Positions 40,252 through 50,475 of a stretch of 64,000 nt of DNA are shown in pieces. Position 1 is the first letter of the stretch. The number at the start of each line of letters is the position of its first letter. Under the pieces are notes generated by a model. The model was not told the origin of the DNA. It made no database searches and worked only from the letters and a program-made list of their open reading frames with translations. Source of the DNA: Nitrospirota bacterium. GTDB lineage: Bacteria > Nitrospirota > UBA9217. The position numbers and the translations under genes are program-made. The DNA is taken from contig CAWIYV010000011.1 of NCBI GenBank assembly GCA_963840455.1, positions 32,001 to 96,000 of the forward strand. Reading direction: 5' to 3'.

Positions 40252-40524
40252 ATGGGTAAGAAGATCGCGGTACTGGTCCGGGACCGTCAAGGCGAGGCTT
40301 TGCGGATGTCGGTGGGCCTCACCCTGATGGACGACACCATCGACGTATATGTGCTGGACAGGAAGGTGGAGAAAAACGACGACAATGACCTGAACCTTGA
40401 GACCATCAAGGACATGGACATGAAGATCGCCACGAACACGAAAGAGAACGCTGGCATGGATTATATTTCCACCGAGGACCTGGCGAAAAAGCTCCTGGAA
40501 TACGACCACATCGTACCGTTCTAA
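40252..40524 (+). CDS. Short DsrF/TusC-like protein
   Basis: EALRMSVGL, C-terminal LLEYDHIVPF; GGAGG RBS. Confidence 0.7.
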   Translation: MGKKIAVLVRDRQGEALRMSVGLTLMDDTIDVYVLDRKVEKNDDNDLNLETIKDMDMKIATNTKENAGMDYISTEDLAKKLLEYDHIVPF

Positions 40525-40553
40525 GCCAATAAACCATAACGAGGTGATACCCG

Positions 40554-40721
40554 ATGAAAATTCTATACATACTCAAACAGGCGCCTGATGTCACGCTCAA
40601 GACGATCATGGACGTACACAAGAAGAGCAATGAGATCACGGTCGTGGATATCAGGGAGAACAAGGACTACGGCAAGATCGTCGACCTGATCTTCTCCCAT
40701 GACAAGGTCATCTCCTGGTAG
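40554..40721 (+). CDS. 55-aa minimal DsrH/TusB-like protein (not in ORF track)
   Basis: GAGGTG RBS; MKILYILKQ...DYGKIVDLIFSHDKVISW, a DsrH-like C-terminus. Confidence 0.7.
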   Translation: MKILYILKQAPDVTLKTIMDVHKKSNEITVVDIRENKDYGKIVDLIFSHDKVISW

Positions 40722-40800
40722 GCGGGCTGTCGACAACACCGGCAGGAACCGCGCGAACGGCAGCATTCTCCATGGATAACTTCGAGAGGAGGCAGCAATC

Positions 40801-41103
40801 ATGAAGCTCGGCATTTTCGTGAATACTGATAAGAACCTGGACGCCGTACAGGGTATAACCAAAGCGGCCCTGGCAAAAGGGCATGAGGTCATTCTCTTCA
40901 ACATGGATACTGGCACAAAACTGGTCAATAATCCCATTTACGCTGAATTGTCCAAAACAAAAGGGGTCTCCGTAAGTTTTTGCGATCACAGTGCAAAACA
41001 TCTGGGGGTCACCGGAGAGGGCCTTCCCAAGGAGATCGTCTCAGGAAGCCAGTACAACAATGCGGTGATGCAGCACGATGCGGACAAGGTGATCGTTCTG
41101 TAA
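40801..41103 (+). CDS. DsrE-family sulfurtransferase
   Basis: KGHEVILFNMDTG, SFCDHSA (candidate active Cys), GSQY, ADKVIVL. Confidence 0.8.
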   Translation: MKLGIFVNTDKNLDAVQGITKAALAKGHEVILFNMDTGTKLVNNPIYAELSKTKGVSVSFCDHSAKHLGVTGEGLPKEIVSGSQYNNAVMQHDADKVIVL

Positions 41104-41176
41104 CGTCGAGCGACGGCGCACAGGCGGTCTGGCAACCCTGTCGAGGAAATAAAGAACATTCCGTACAAAGGGGGAA

Positions 41177-41674
41177 ATGACAATGAAGAAGGTACTGGTC
41201 ATGCTGTGGGTCGTGGTTATCGCGCTTTCCGTTGCCGTGCCGGGTGCTTCTGCGGCGGACGACCTGGCCGCTAAGATGAACGCAATCATGGCAAAAAGCA
41301 CGGAAGTAAGGTTCTGGCAGTTCTCGGCCGAAGAAGTAAACGCGATGATCAAGGAGAAAAAGACAGATTTTCTGGTAGTTGATACGCGTCCCAGGACGAC
41401 AGAATTCGCGGAAGGGCATATCCCGGGCGCCATCCATATCATGACGCAGGACATCTTCAAGCCCGAAAGCCTCAAGAAACTCCCGAAGAACAAAAAGATC
41501 ATTCTCTACTGCGCGACCGGACAGCTCCAGAACCTGCCGATCATTGGTCTGCGTATGCTCGGCTACGATACCTATACTCTGTGGGGCGGGTACGCCACAT
41601 GGGCGAAGGGCTCTACCGGCGGAGCGAAGATGCAGGATGCCGTCAAGGCTGCGAATTATCCGGTCGTAAAATAG
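41177..41674 (+). CDS. Exported single-domain rhodanese
   Basis: Signal peptide, VDTR, FAEGHIPGA, ILYCATG, LWGGYATW. Confidence 0.88.
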   Translation: MTMKKVLVMLWVVVIALSVAVPGASAADDLAAKMNAIMAKSTEVRFWQFSAEEVNAMIKEKKTDFLVVDTRPRTTEFAEGHIPGAIHIMTQDIFKPESLKKLPKNKKIILYCATGQLQNLPIIGLRMLGYDTYTLWGGYATWAKGSTGGAKMQDAVKAANYPVVK

Positions 41675-42361
41675 ATTGGCTCCCGGGAGGCATCTAAGAT
41701 GCTTCCCGGGTATCACCCTATCCATTATGGCACTCTTCCGTCCATGGATATCCGGGCGAGTCGGCTATCATGAGGGCGCCGCCCGCGTCGTTGCATCCTG
41801 CGGTCAGGTTCTTTCCCGGAGATGCGCAGGGTACCGCGGCTTTTGTCATGTATCATGCGTAGCATCCCGCAGCATCTTCGTGAAGGGATTGTATATTGTC
41901 CTCGCGATCATCCTGCTCCATGACCTCTTCGCCCCTCACCCGTTCGCATCACCCCTGATCCTGTTCGATGGCAATCGATCGATCGAGGCTCTTGACGAGG
42001 GGCATCCATCCGCCGGAGAATTTGTCGAGGACGATGAAAATACCGCCGTGCCCAACCGGCGCGGGACACTGCTGCCTATTCTTTCCGTCAAGCTCAATGA
42101 CCAGCGGCATCCTTCTTTTCACCCGCTTCTTATGATCGCTGCAAACGAGCGCCCTCCTAAAGTATAATTCTTCCTTTTTCCCTTTCACGACAGGACGGAT
42201 ACCGACCGTGCCAAATCGGCATTGCGCAAGAACGGGATCTCCTGTCGCTTGCATGGTCACCGAACGGTCGTCATTCGGGCCGCAAGTCCTTGATGATGTC
42301 GTTATCAGGGGAACACTCTTTAACGTACGCATACAACCATACCATTGAGGAGGTCACGAGC

Positions 42362-43141
42362 ATGAAATCCATAAAGATCCTTGACAAGGAATTGAGCAGA
42401 AGAGACCTGTTGATCGGCGCGGGGATCACCGCGATCGCGGCCGCGGCGCCGGGATTTGTATCAAAAGCTGAAGCCCTCGGCGGGCCAACGGAAAAATGGC
42501 CGTGGCCGTATGTGAAACTGGATCCGCAGAAGACGGCAGAGATCGCGTACGAAGAGTGGTACCGGGTGTTCTGCGGGGCTGCCGTCATCAACAGCATATT
42601 CAGCCAGCTTCGGGAGAAGGTCGGTGAGCCTTACAAATCATTCCCGGTCGATGCGTTCATCTTCCTCGAAGGCGGCGTATCGGGCTGGGGCACGATATGC
42701 GGCTGCAATTCAGGGGCAAATATCGTGACGAACCTCGTTATCGGCCCGCGGACATCCGGGACCGAGGACGGAATGCTGATGGGCAGCGAACTGATGCAAT
42801 ATTATTCGGATACGTCAATGCCGAACTTCACGCCAGCGAAAGCGAAGATCCAGGCGAATATCCCGAAGACCATCGCAGGATCGCCGCTCTGCCACGTGTC
42901 CGTGGGTAAGTGGATGAAGGCAGCGAACAAGGACCTGGGGAGCCCCGAACGGAAGGACCGGTGCGCCCGGTTGACAGGTGCCATGGCGTTCCAGACCGTC
43001 ACGCTCCTGAACCAGTGGAAGGACGGAAAGTACAAGACCAAGGGCGTCATCCCGGCCAAGGGATACGGCATTCAGTCGCAGCATAACTGCACGGACTGTC
43101 ACGGCGACAAGGTCCCGTCGCCTCCCGCAAAGAAAGTATAG
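42362..43141 (+). CDS. Tat-exported C-GCAxxG-C-C family protein with C-terminal heme (split-Soret cytochrome c-like)
   Basis: SRRDLL Tat motif, FCGAAV, GWGTICG, SPLCHVSVGKW, ERKDRCARL, CTDCH. Confidence 0.75.
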   Translation: MKSIKILDKELSRRDLLIGAGITAIAAAAPGFVSKAEALGGPTEKWPWPYVKLDPQKTAEIAYEEWYRVFCGAAVINSIFSQLREKVGEPYKSFPVDAFIFLEGGVSGWGTICGCNSGANIVTNLVIGPRTSGTEDGMLMGSELMQYYSDTSMPNFTPAKAKIQANIPKTIAGSPLCHVSVGKWMKAANKDLGSPERKDRCARLTGAMAFQTVTLLNQWKDGKYKTKGVIPAKGYGIQSQHNCTDCHGDKVPSPPAKKV

Positions 43142-43258
43142 CGATAGCGTCTGTCCGGAAGGGCGGGAGCGCTTCTCGCCCTTCCGGCATATTCTCTGCC
43201 TGTCTGATTCACCAGGCATTCTTTTATAACGTACAGTCCGTCTCCTTCATCCATACCT

Positions 43259-44956
43259 ATGCGGCTGCATCTCTGGCACAGAATCATGCTTCTCCTCATC
43301 ACGCCCGTCCTGGCGGCGTCGTTTATCGTTTTTTTCGAGTTCCGGAACCTGAGCACGATCTACAACAAGATCTCCGTCATCGAGATCATCGATGACATCA
43401 ACCTGACCATTCTGGAGCTCAGACGGTACGAAAAAAACATCCTGTTGTTCAACGAGGAGCAGAACATCAGGCTGTTCCATGAGTACGTTGCCGCCCTTAG
43501 GAAAAGCATCAAGAGGATGGAAAGCGAGATCGTCTCGGATATCAGCAAGGTCCGGTATCGGACCCTTCAGGAGAACATCGATCACTACGACAAGCATGTC
43601 GCCACGCTCATTGCATGCGTCAAAGAGGAGCAGCGCATCATTGAGGCCATCCGGCCGCTGGGGCGGGCCATCGAGGACATCCCTGATGCAAAACTGGCGC
43701 TCGACCTGAGACGGTACGAGAAGAACTATATCATCTATAAGGAAGCGGCAGCGGTCCATAACGTTAACAGCCTCTCAAAGAAGATCGTCACTCAACACCC
43801 CGCGCTGAAGGGCCCTGTTGCAAGATACCTCGAGGCGTTCCGCAAGATGGTCGGCAACGAGCACGCAAAGGAAGTCTCCAGCGAGCGCATCCGGCATTAT
43901 GGCCGGGAGATCCAGCAGACCGCCGCGGAACTGTCGAAGAAAAAACGGACGGACATCAATGAGATCATTGCGCAGGCCAAGAAGGCGTTTATTGCGTCCT
44001 TCCTCCTCCTGGTCGTCGCGACGGCGATCGCGGGCTTCATCATATCCACGAAGATCCTCAGGACCGTGCGGAACGTGAGCAGTGCCGTCAAGAACATGTC
44101 CAAAGGCGACTTCACCTATATTCTTGATGCGTCCGCGCCGAAGGAGATCATCGCTTTCAACCGGGACTTCAACTGCACGGTCCGAAAACTGGAAGAGGCG
44201 AAGGTGGAGCTCGACCTCACTATGGAGAAGCTGGAGGATACCAACCGGGCGCTCGTTGAGCGCCAGGAAGAGCTCCTGGAACGGCGCAAACTCACGGCGA
44301 TGCGATTGCTCGCCTCCGAGATCGCTCACGAAGTAAGCAATCCCCTGTCCTCGGTCATCATCTATCTTGGCATGCTCCGGGAATCGCTGTCCGCTGACGA
44401 TCCGAAGAAAGAGGACCTGTCGTTCATGCTGAACGAGTCGATGCGATGCCAGGCGCTGCTCCGGGAGCTGGTGGACTTCGCGCGGAAGGAGCCGCTGCAC
44501 CTGAAAGCGGCGGCCCCTGCAACGATCATCGATGACGCGCTCGAAAGCGCACGCAAGCAGAATAACGGGAAACAGGTCCTGGTCAGGGCGTCCCTGGAAG
44601 GACTTCCGGACCGCGCCGTGATCGATCCGGTCCTCATGTACCAGGTGTTCTTCAACCTGCTCATGAACGCCTATCAGCATACGTCCGACGGCGATACCAT
44701 CGAGGTCCAGGGGAGCACCATCGACGCGGCAATGCACATACAGGTGCGCGATACCGGCACGGGGATCCCCGAGGATATCCTTCCGTCTATTTTTGATCCG
44801 TTCTTTTCGACGCGCAAGGAGTCCGGAGGGAGCGGTTTGGGTCTTGCGATCACCAAGAAGATCATCGAGCGGCATCGGGGCTCGATCCAGGTCGCGAGCA
44901 GGACAGGCGAAGGAACGGTCTTTCAGATCGTCCTTCCCCTGCAGCAGGCGGGATGA
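43259..44956 (+). CDS. Membrane sensor histidine kinase with HAMP
   Basis: Two TMs, duplicated LRRYEKN helical domain, IAHEVSNPL, DTGTG, GSGLGL. Confidence 0.9.
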   Translation: MRLHLWHRIMLLLITPVLAASFIVFFEFRNLSTIYNKISVIEIIDDINLTILELRRYEKNILLFNEEQNIRLFHEYVAALRKSIKRMESEIVSDISKVRYRTLQENIDHYDKHVATLIACVKEEQRIIEAIRPLGRAIEDIPDAKLALDLRRYEKNYIIYKEAAAVHNVNSLSKKIVTQHPALKGPVARYLEAFRKMVGNEHAKEVSSERIRHYGREIQQTAAELSKKKRTDINEIIAQAKKAFIASFLLLVVATAIAGFIISTKILRTVRNVSSAVKNMSKGDFTYILDASAPKEIIAFNRDFNCTVRKLEEAKVELDLTMEKLEDTNRALVERQEELLERRKLTAMRLLASEIAHEVSNPLSSVIIYLGMLRESLSADDPKKEDLSFMLNESMRCQALLRELVDFARKEPLHLKAAAPATIIDDALESARKQNNGKQVLVRASLEGLPDRAVIDPVLMYQVFFNLLMNAYQHTSDGDTIEVQGSTIDAAMHIQVRDTGTGIPEDILPSIFDPFFSTRKESGGSGLGLAITKKIIERHRGSIQVASRTGEGTVFQIVLPLQQAG

Positions 44957-46332
44957 ACATGGTGAGAACACTGGTCATCGACGACGACATCGGGGTCTGC
45001 AGGTCGCTGGAAGCGTTCCTCACCCAGGAAGGCCACGAGGTGACGACGGGCCACCGGGCTGACACGGCCTTTGCGCGCATCGCAGAGAAGGAATTCGACA
45101 TCGTCATCACCGATCTGCGGCTTCCCGATGCGAGCGGCCTCGATATCCTCACCTGCGCGAAGAACAAGAACGCCTCAACGCAGGTCATCGTCATCACCGG
45201 GTTCGCGACGATCGAGACCGCCGTGGAAGCCATCAAACGCGGGGCCTACGACTACCTGACCAAGCCTCTTTCCACCGACAAGGTGCGGATCATCACGAAG
45301 CGGGCGCTCGAGAAGATCGCCATGGCCGAGGAGATCGCCCACCTCCGGCAGGAGCTTTCGCAGTGCTTCGGATTCGAGAACCTCATCGGGAAGAGCCCGA
45401 AGATGCAGGAGGTCTTCAAGATCATCCGCCAGACGGCCGAGAGCGACAGCAGCGTCCTGATCACCGGGGAGTCAGGAACGGGCAAGGAGCTGGTGGCGCG
45501 GGCGATCCATTACAATTCGCAGCGCAAGAACGGACGGTTCGTCCCGGTGAACTGTGGTGCGATCGCCCGGGAGCTCATCGAGGCAGAGCTTTTCGGGTAC
45601 GTGAAAGGGGCCTTCACGGGCGCCAACCGGGACAAGACCGGATTCCTGGAACTTGCGTCTGGCGGGAGCCTCTTCCTGGACGAGATCGGTGAAACGACGC
45701 CTGATTTTCAGGTGAAGCTGCTCCGCGTCATCCAGGAAGGCGAGTTCAACAAGGTGGGGTCGCCCCATCTGTCGAAGATCAATATCCGGGTTATCGCCGC
45801 ATCGAACCGGAACATCGAGAAGGCCATCGCCGACGGGGGCTTCCGCGAGGACCTGTACTACCGCTTGAACGTCATCTCCATTAAGATCCCGCCACTCCGG
45901 CAGAGGCGCGAAGACACCCCGATCCTGGTCCTGCATTTCCTCGATAAGTACTCGAAGAAGCGTCCGGACAGGAAGCAGAAAGAGATCACGCCGCAGGCGC
46001 TGGAAGCCTTGATGAACCATGATTATCCGGGGAATGTGCGGGAGCTCGAGAACGCCATCGAATACGCGGTCGCCTTTTCGCGCGGCAATGAGATCACGCA
46101 GAACGACTTGCCTGCGGCCTTCCGGAAGGAGATCGCCCCCACCGTACACCTCAAGCCGCTCAAGGCAGCCAGGTTGGAGTTCGAGCGCAGCCTTGTCGCG
46201 GCGGCGCTCCAGGAGTGCGGGGGCAATGTCTCTCGGACCGCACGGCTCCTCGACATGCACCGGCAAAGCCTGCAGCAGAAGATCAAAGAGCTCGGGATCA
46301 ACACCGATGACCTCAAGGATAGTGAACCATGA
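44953..46332 (+). CDS. NtrC-family sigma54-dependent response regulator
   Basis: Receiver domain, GESGTGKE, GAFTGA, LFLDEIG, FREDLYYRL, Fis-type HTH. Confidence 0.93.
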   Translation: MNMVRTLVIDDDIGVCRSLEAFLTQEGHEVTTGHRADTAFARIAEKEFDIVITDLRLPDASGLDILTCAKNKNASTQVIVITGFATIETAVEAIKRGAYDYLTKPLSTDKVRIITKRALEKIAMAEEIAHLRQELSQCFGFENLIGKSPKMQEVFKIIRQTAESDSSVLITGESGTGKELVARAIHYNSQRKNGRFVPVNCGAIARELIEAELFGYVKGAFTGANRDKTGFLELASGGSLFLDEIGETTPDFQVKLLRVIQEGEFNKVGSPHLSKINIRVIAASNRNIEKAIADGGFREDLYYRLNVISIKIPPLRQRREDTPILVLHFLDKYSKKRPDRKQKEITPQALEALMNHDYPGNVRELENAIEYAVAFSRGNEITQNDLPAAFRKEIAPTVHLKPLKAARLEFERSLVAAALQECGGNVSRTARLLDMHRQSLQQKIKELGINTDDLKDSEP

Positions 46333-47204
46333 AGATAGTCGTGGCGGTGGACGGGTCTGAGGCCGCGTTCAATGCGCTCCGGTCCGCCTGTATGCTGGCG
46401 GGAAAGCTTGCGGCAACCATCATAGCGATCTATGTGAACAAGGGAGAAGAGTATACTCCCGATGAGACCGGATCGCTTTCCCTCGGGGTGCGGATCACGG
46501 AAGAGCTGGAAACACGGGGGCAGGAGGCCATCCGGGAGTCCCTTGCCATCGGACGGACGTTTGACATAGCTGTCGAAGGGGTGATGTCCTACGGCATTCC
46601 TTCTGACGAGATCCTGAACTTTGTCGAAGCCCGTGGCATCATCAAGCTGATCGCCATGGCGCACAGCAGCATGGGACGTAGTGCGCAGGAGTTCGTTGAA
46701 AGCCCGACCCGGTCGGTGGTCACCCGATCACGAAATCCTGTACTTATCACCGACACCGCAGTCGAGATCAGGCGCATCCTGATCGCTGTCGATAACTCGG
46801 ACCTGACAAAGCAGGTTGCGCTCTTTGGCGGCAAGCTCGCGCGGTCCCTTGGCGCCGAACTCGGGATCATCGCTTTTGTTCCCGATGCCGAAGCGATGAT
46901 CGATGAATACCGGCTCATCGCCGATGTGCCGAACATCGACCGGTACATCGAGGCCTCAGAAAAGGACCTGAAAAGGATCCTGGACCAGGCGATTGCCAAG
47001 GCCCGGGGGGTGCTCGATCCCCTGGCCGTCAACGTTTCAGTTGTCATCAAGAAAGGGCATGCTGATGAACTCATCGCCGAAGTGGGGCCCCATGACGCGC
47101 TTGTGTTCGGCCTGAAAAAAAACACTTCTTCGCACGCTTTGCTAAGCGCGACCACGAACAAACTGCTGTCCTCTCATACCGTGAACGTCTTCTTTGTGCA
47201 ATGA
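46329..47204 (+). CDS. Tandem universal stress protein
   Basis: KIVVAVDGS and RILIAVDNS domains. Confidence 0.85.
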   Translation: MKIVVAVDGSEAAFNALRSACMLAGKLAATIIAIYVNKGEEYTPDETGSLSLGVRITEELETRGQEAIRESLAIGRTFDIAVEGVMSYGIPSDEILNFVEARGIIKLIAMAHSSMGRSAQEFVESPTRSVVTRSRNPVLITDTAVEIRRILIAVDNSDLTKQVALFGGKLARSLGAELGIIAFVPDAEAMIDEYRLIADVPNIDRYIEASEKDLKRILDQAIAKARGVLDPLAVNVSVVIKKGHADELIAEVGPHDALVFGLKKNTSSHALLSATTNKLLSSHTVNVFFVQ

Positions 47205-47388
47205 TCCCTTGCATGCCGGATAAATCGACACTGCGCACACCTTCGCCGCTCGTTCGTCTAACCGCCTGATCTTCTGATCTTTCCTGTTCTGCCTGGCCCT
47301 GCTCTCATCCCGTTGGTGCAGGAAATACCTTGCACCCCTTCGCAGCGCACTTCATGCCATCTCTTTGATTCACAAACCAAATCCGCAA

Positions 47389-47404
47389 CGGCACAGGCAT
47401 TGCT
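47389..47404 (+). promoter_or_regulatory. sigma54 promoter for the gntR-tauE operon
   Basis: CGGCAC-AGGCA-TTGCT. Confidence 0.7.
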
Positions 47405-47454
47405 ATGTCCTAATGTGTGAATGAAGTGATCTTCGCAACACGCATGAGGCTGCT

Positions 47455-48195
47455 ATGCACGTGAACTCCATCGACCGGACGAATCCGCAGAAGCTCTACT
47501 TCCAGCTCCTGGAAATACTCAGGGGGCAGATCGAGCAGGACACCTGGAAGGTGGGTTCTCAGATCCCGACCGAGGACCAGCTGTGCGGTCAATACAACGT
47601 AAGCAAGGCGACGGTGAGGTTGGCGATAGCAGAGCTCGTCTCGCTCGGTTATCTCAAGAAATTCCAGGGCAAGGGTACGTTCGTCCGCAGAAAGAAGCCG
47701 GGCGACCGGATCCCGATGCTACTGAACCTCGGCGAGGACCACCACCCCGCGAGCATTGTCCGCGTGCTCGACAGCAAGACCCTGCTGCCCGACGATGCCG
47801 TGAGGGAGACGCTCAATATCGACGACGGAAGCCCCTGTTCCTTCACCGTGCGGCTCGTGCTGGTTGAAGGCATGCCGATGGTGCTCCAAAAACTTTACAT
47901 CGTCTCCGGGATCTTGCCGGACGATCTGACCGTCGGGGCAATCGGAAGCACGCCTCTTCACGCATTCCTCGAATCCCGCTGCGGCGTCAGGATCCAGCGG
48001 GTCAAGGATATGACCGATGTGGCGCTGATCGACGAAGCCGCCGCAGGCGCGCTGGAACTCGCTGCCGGGACGCCTATCCTCAGGGTCCGGCGCATCAGCA
48101 GCATCCACGGCGACGAGCCGGTAAGTTTTCTGGAAGCATTATGCCGCACGGATATCTACGCACGGACGCTTGAACTGGAACGATTGAGAATATGA
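47455..48195 (+). CDS. GntR/HutC family regulator with UTRA domain
   Basis: LYFQL, IPTEDQL, VSKATVRLA, QGKGTFV. Confidence 0.88.
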   Translation: MHVNSIDRTNPQKLYFQLLEILRGQIEQDTWKVGSQIPTEDQLCGQYNVSKATVRLAIAELVSLGYLKKFQGKGTFVRRKKPGDRIPMLLNLGEDHHPASIVRVLDSKTLLPDDAVRETLNIDDGSPCSFTVRLVLVEGMPMVLQKLYIVSGILPDDLTVGAIGSTPLHAFLESRCGVRIQRVKDMTDVALIDEAAAGALELAAGTPILRVRRISSIHGDEPVSFLEALCRTDIYARTLELERLRI

Positions 48196-48220
48196 CCACA
48201 CGGCGAAGGGGGGTGAGAGC

Positions 48221-48391
48221 ATGGAAAGCATCAATCAATGGCTTGTGGACCTGAATAAGAACCATCATGCATGGTTTGGGATCGTTACCGTCATAACCAT
48301 GTCGGGAATGGGTGTATTGATCGCGGTTGTGGTAGAGGTATTTTTCAAGATACTGGGAGTAAAAGGCAAAAGGATCGAGATCCACCACTGA
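48221..48391 (+). CDS. 56-aa membrane protein, DVU0150-like (not in ORF track)
   Basis: MESINQWLVDLNKNHHAWFGIVTVITMSGMGVLIAVVVEVFFKILGVKGKRIEIHH; G-rich RBS. Confidence 0.65.
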   Translation: MESINQWLVDLNKNHHAWFGIVTVITMSGMGVLIAVVVEVFFKILGVKGKRIEIHH

Positions 48392-48409
48392 TACCATAAG
48401 GGGGGTCCA

Positions 48410-48547
48410 ATGGCATCTATTGTGTCTTCGCTCGTACCGCTCCTGATCACAGCCACCATCCTTGCGGCAATGATGCTGTTTACGATGGGGATCGGCTGGG
48501 TATCAGGAAAGCTTCTGAAAAGATTACTGGGAATAGGAGGGAAATAA
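48410..48547 (+). CDS. 45-aa membrane protein (not in ORF track)
   Basis: MASIVSSLVPLLITATILAAMMLFTMGIGWVSGKLLKRLLGIGGK; RBS; stop lies 2 nt before the tauE start. Confidence 0.55.
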   Translation: MASIVSSLVPLLITATILAAMMLFTMGIGWVSGKLLKRLLGIGGK

Positions 48548-48549
48548 CA

Positions 48550-49782
48550 ATGGAAATATTCTTGCCAATATCAGGCGTGGAGATCATGGCCTGGAAGCTC
48601 GTTCTGCTGGGATTTACCGTAGGGGTCATCGGCGGATTCTTCGGCGTCGGCGGCGCCTTTATGGTCACGCCCGCGCTCAATGTGTTCGGTTTTCCCATGG
48701 CCTATGCCATCGGAACGGACATGGCGCATATCGCCGGGAAATCGGTCGTCGCCACGGCAAAGCACAGGAAGTACGGAAACGTGGATATGCGGCTCGGCGT
48801 CCTGATGATCGTCGGAACGGCGATCGGGATCGAGGGCGGAGCCACCACGATCATGTGGCTTGAAAAGGTTGGGCGAGTGGATTATGTCGTGAGGATCACC
48901 TATATGGTCCTGCTCTTCGGTCTCAGCAGTTATATGTTCTATGAGTATTATTCGCTCACCAAAGGGACGGCCTCGTCCTCTAAACCTGTCGCCGATGCAG
49001 GCACGTCGGGCCTGGCGTTAAAGATGCAGAAGCTGCACATCCCGCCGATGATACACCTTAAAGTTTCCGGATTTACCATATCGGTCTGGGTGATCCTCAT
49101 CGTTTCGGCATTCACCGGTTTTCTCGCGGGTTTCCTGGGGGTCGGCGGCGGCTTCATCAGAATGCCTTCCCTTATGTACGTCATCGGCTGCCCGACACGG
49201 GTGGCGGTGGGGACCGACCTGTTCGAGATCGTTATTACCGGGGCCTATGGCGCATTTACCTATGCCTTGAAGCAGCGGGTCGAGCTTATCGCGGCGGCGG
49301 TGATGCTCATCGGGGCCGCGGTCGGCGCGCAGTTCGGGACCCTTGCCACCCAGTATGTCAAGGGCCTGAAGATCCGCCTCTATTTTGCGTCCACCATGGG
49401 GCTTGCGGGAGTTGCCGTTATCTTCAAGCATATCGCGGGAGATTACAAGACGGTCTATTCATCTGCCCTCAATGCATGGGTGAAAGACAATCCCGCCTTT
49501 CTCGAATGGGCCAGAACGGAAGGCGCTATACTCGGGTCCGCCAAGCTGCAAGTTCGGGACTGGATACTGCTCAACAAGGACGCCGTAAAGGGCTGGTTCG
49601 TCCAGCAGTCCGAGGCCTTCCAGCATGCCAGGGCGATGGAAACGATGTGGAATGCTTACTCAGGTTATCTCATGCTCGGCGCCGCAGTCGGCCTCAGCAT
49701 CCTGATCATCCAGAAAATGCTGCAGGGCGTGGCGCATGAAAGAAGACTTGCACAGACCGGCAGCGTCACGGCGGAAGAGTAG
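48550..49782 (+). CDS. TauE/SafE sulfite exporter family protein
   Basis: GGFFGVGGAFMVTP, AIGTD, GFLGVGGGFIRMP, AVGTDLF. Confidence 0.88.
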   Translation: MEIFLPISGVEIMAWKLVLLGFTVGVIGGFFGVGGAFMVTPALNVFGFPMAYAIGTDMAHIAGKSVVATAKHRKYGNVDMRLGVLMIVGTAIGIEGGATTIMWLEKVGRVDYVVRITYMVLLFGLSSYMFYEYYSLTKGTASSSKPVADAGTSGLALKMQKLHIPPMIHLKVSGFTISVWVILIVSAFTGFLAGFLGVGGGFIRMPSLMYVIGCPTRVAVGTDLFEIVITGAYGAFTYALKQRVELIAAAVMLIGAAVGAQFGTLATQYVKGLKIRLYFASTMGLAGVAVIFKHIAGDYKTVYSSALNAWVKDNPAFLEWARTEGAILGSAKLQVRDWILLNKDAVKGWFVQQSEAFQHARAMETMWNAYSGYLMLGAAVGLSILIIQKMLQGVAHERRLAQTGSVTAEE

Positions 49783-49825
49783 GTCCGGTTACCACAAGGC
49801 CGGTCAACCAAAAGGAGGCAGTACC

Positions 49826-50293
49826 ATGGAAAAGAAAGTGGTGGTCCTCGTCAGAGCTGGAGTCCCCTATAAGAACACGATCATCTACGGAAGGCAGCGC
49901 GCACGCGACATGGGCGCGAAGCTTGTCCTCGCCGGCATCGTCCCGGCCCTCGGGACGGGCCGAAGGATCGCACTGGCCGCGTATGAGATCGCGCCGTACG
50001 ACACACTGGAAAAGATGAATGAGATGGAAGCCGCCGGATATCTTGAACGGGTGGTGCAGTTCTGCCTGGACAACGGCATTACCGCCGAAACGCAGATCGT
50101 CAGCGGCGGGATGGAGACCGCCATCAGGCAGTTCGGCAAGGACACAAACGTCAAACTGGTCGTAGTGCCGACGCCGACGAAAAAAGAGCACCATTCGGAG
50201 TTTTTCGATGTTCTCGAAGCGTTCAAGCATTTTACCCAGGATGTGCTCGAACCGCAGCTCTGCTGCCCGGTGGTTTCCGTAGTAGCTGCGTGA
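49826..50293 (+). CDS. Divergent universal stress protein
   Basis: USP-like fold, C-terminal CCPVVSV; GGAGG RBS. Confidence 0.65.
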   Translation: MEKKVVVLVRAGVPYKNTIIYGRQRARDMGAKLVLAGIVPALGTGRRIALAAYEIAPYDTLEKMNEMEAAGYLERVVQFCLDNGITAETQIVSGGMETAIRQFGKDTNVKLVVVPTPTKKEHHSEFFDVLEAFKHFTQDVLEPQLCCPVVSVVAA

Positions 50294-50475
50294 GCAACAT
50301 CGTTTTTTGTTCAGCATATGTACCAGCACCATTTGAACGGCGCTACCGATGCCTGCACGCACTGGACCAGCGGGCAGGGTAGCGCCGATAATTATCCTGC
50401 CCGACGGAAAATGCGGGTGTGGACCAGCTCCGCATCCCATTTGTGTTCATCTGGCCGCGATGCTATAATGCCGCC

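Noticed and set aside
41676-42167. 163-aa ORF between the rhodanese and Tat cytochrome genes
   Set aside because: Starts at a terminator-like hairpin, with no RBS or recognisable motif; a shorter gene cannot be excluded.
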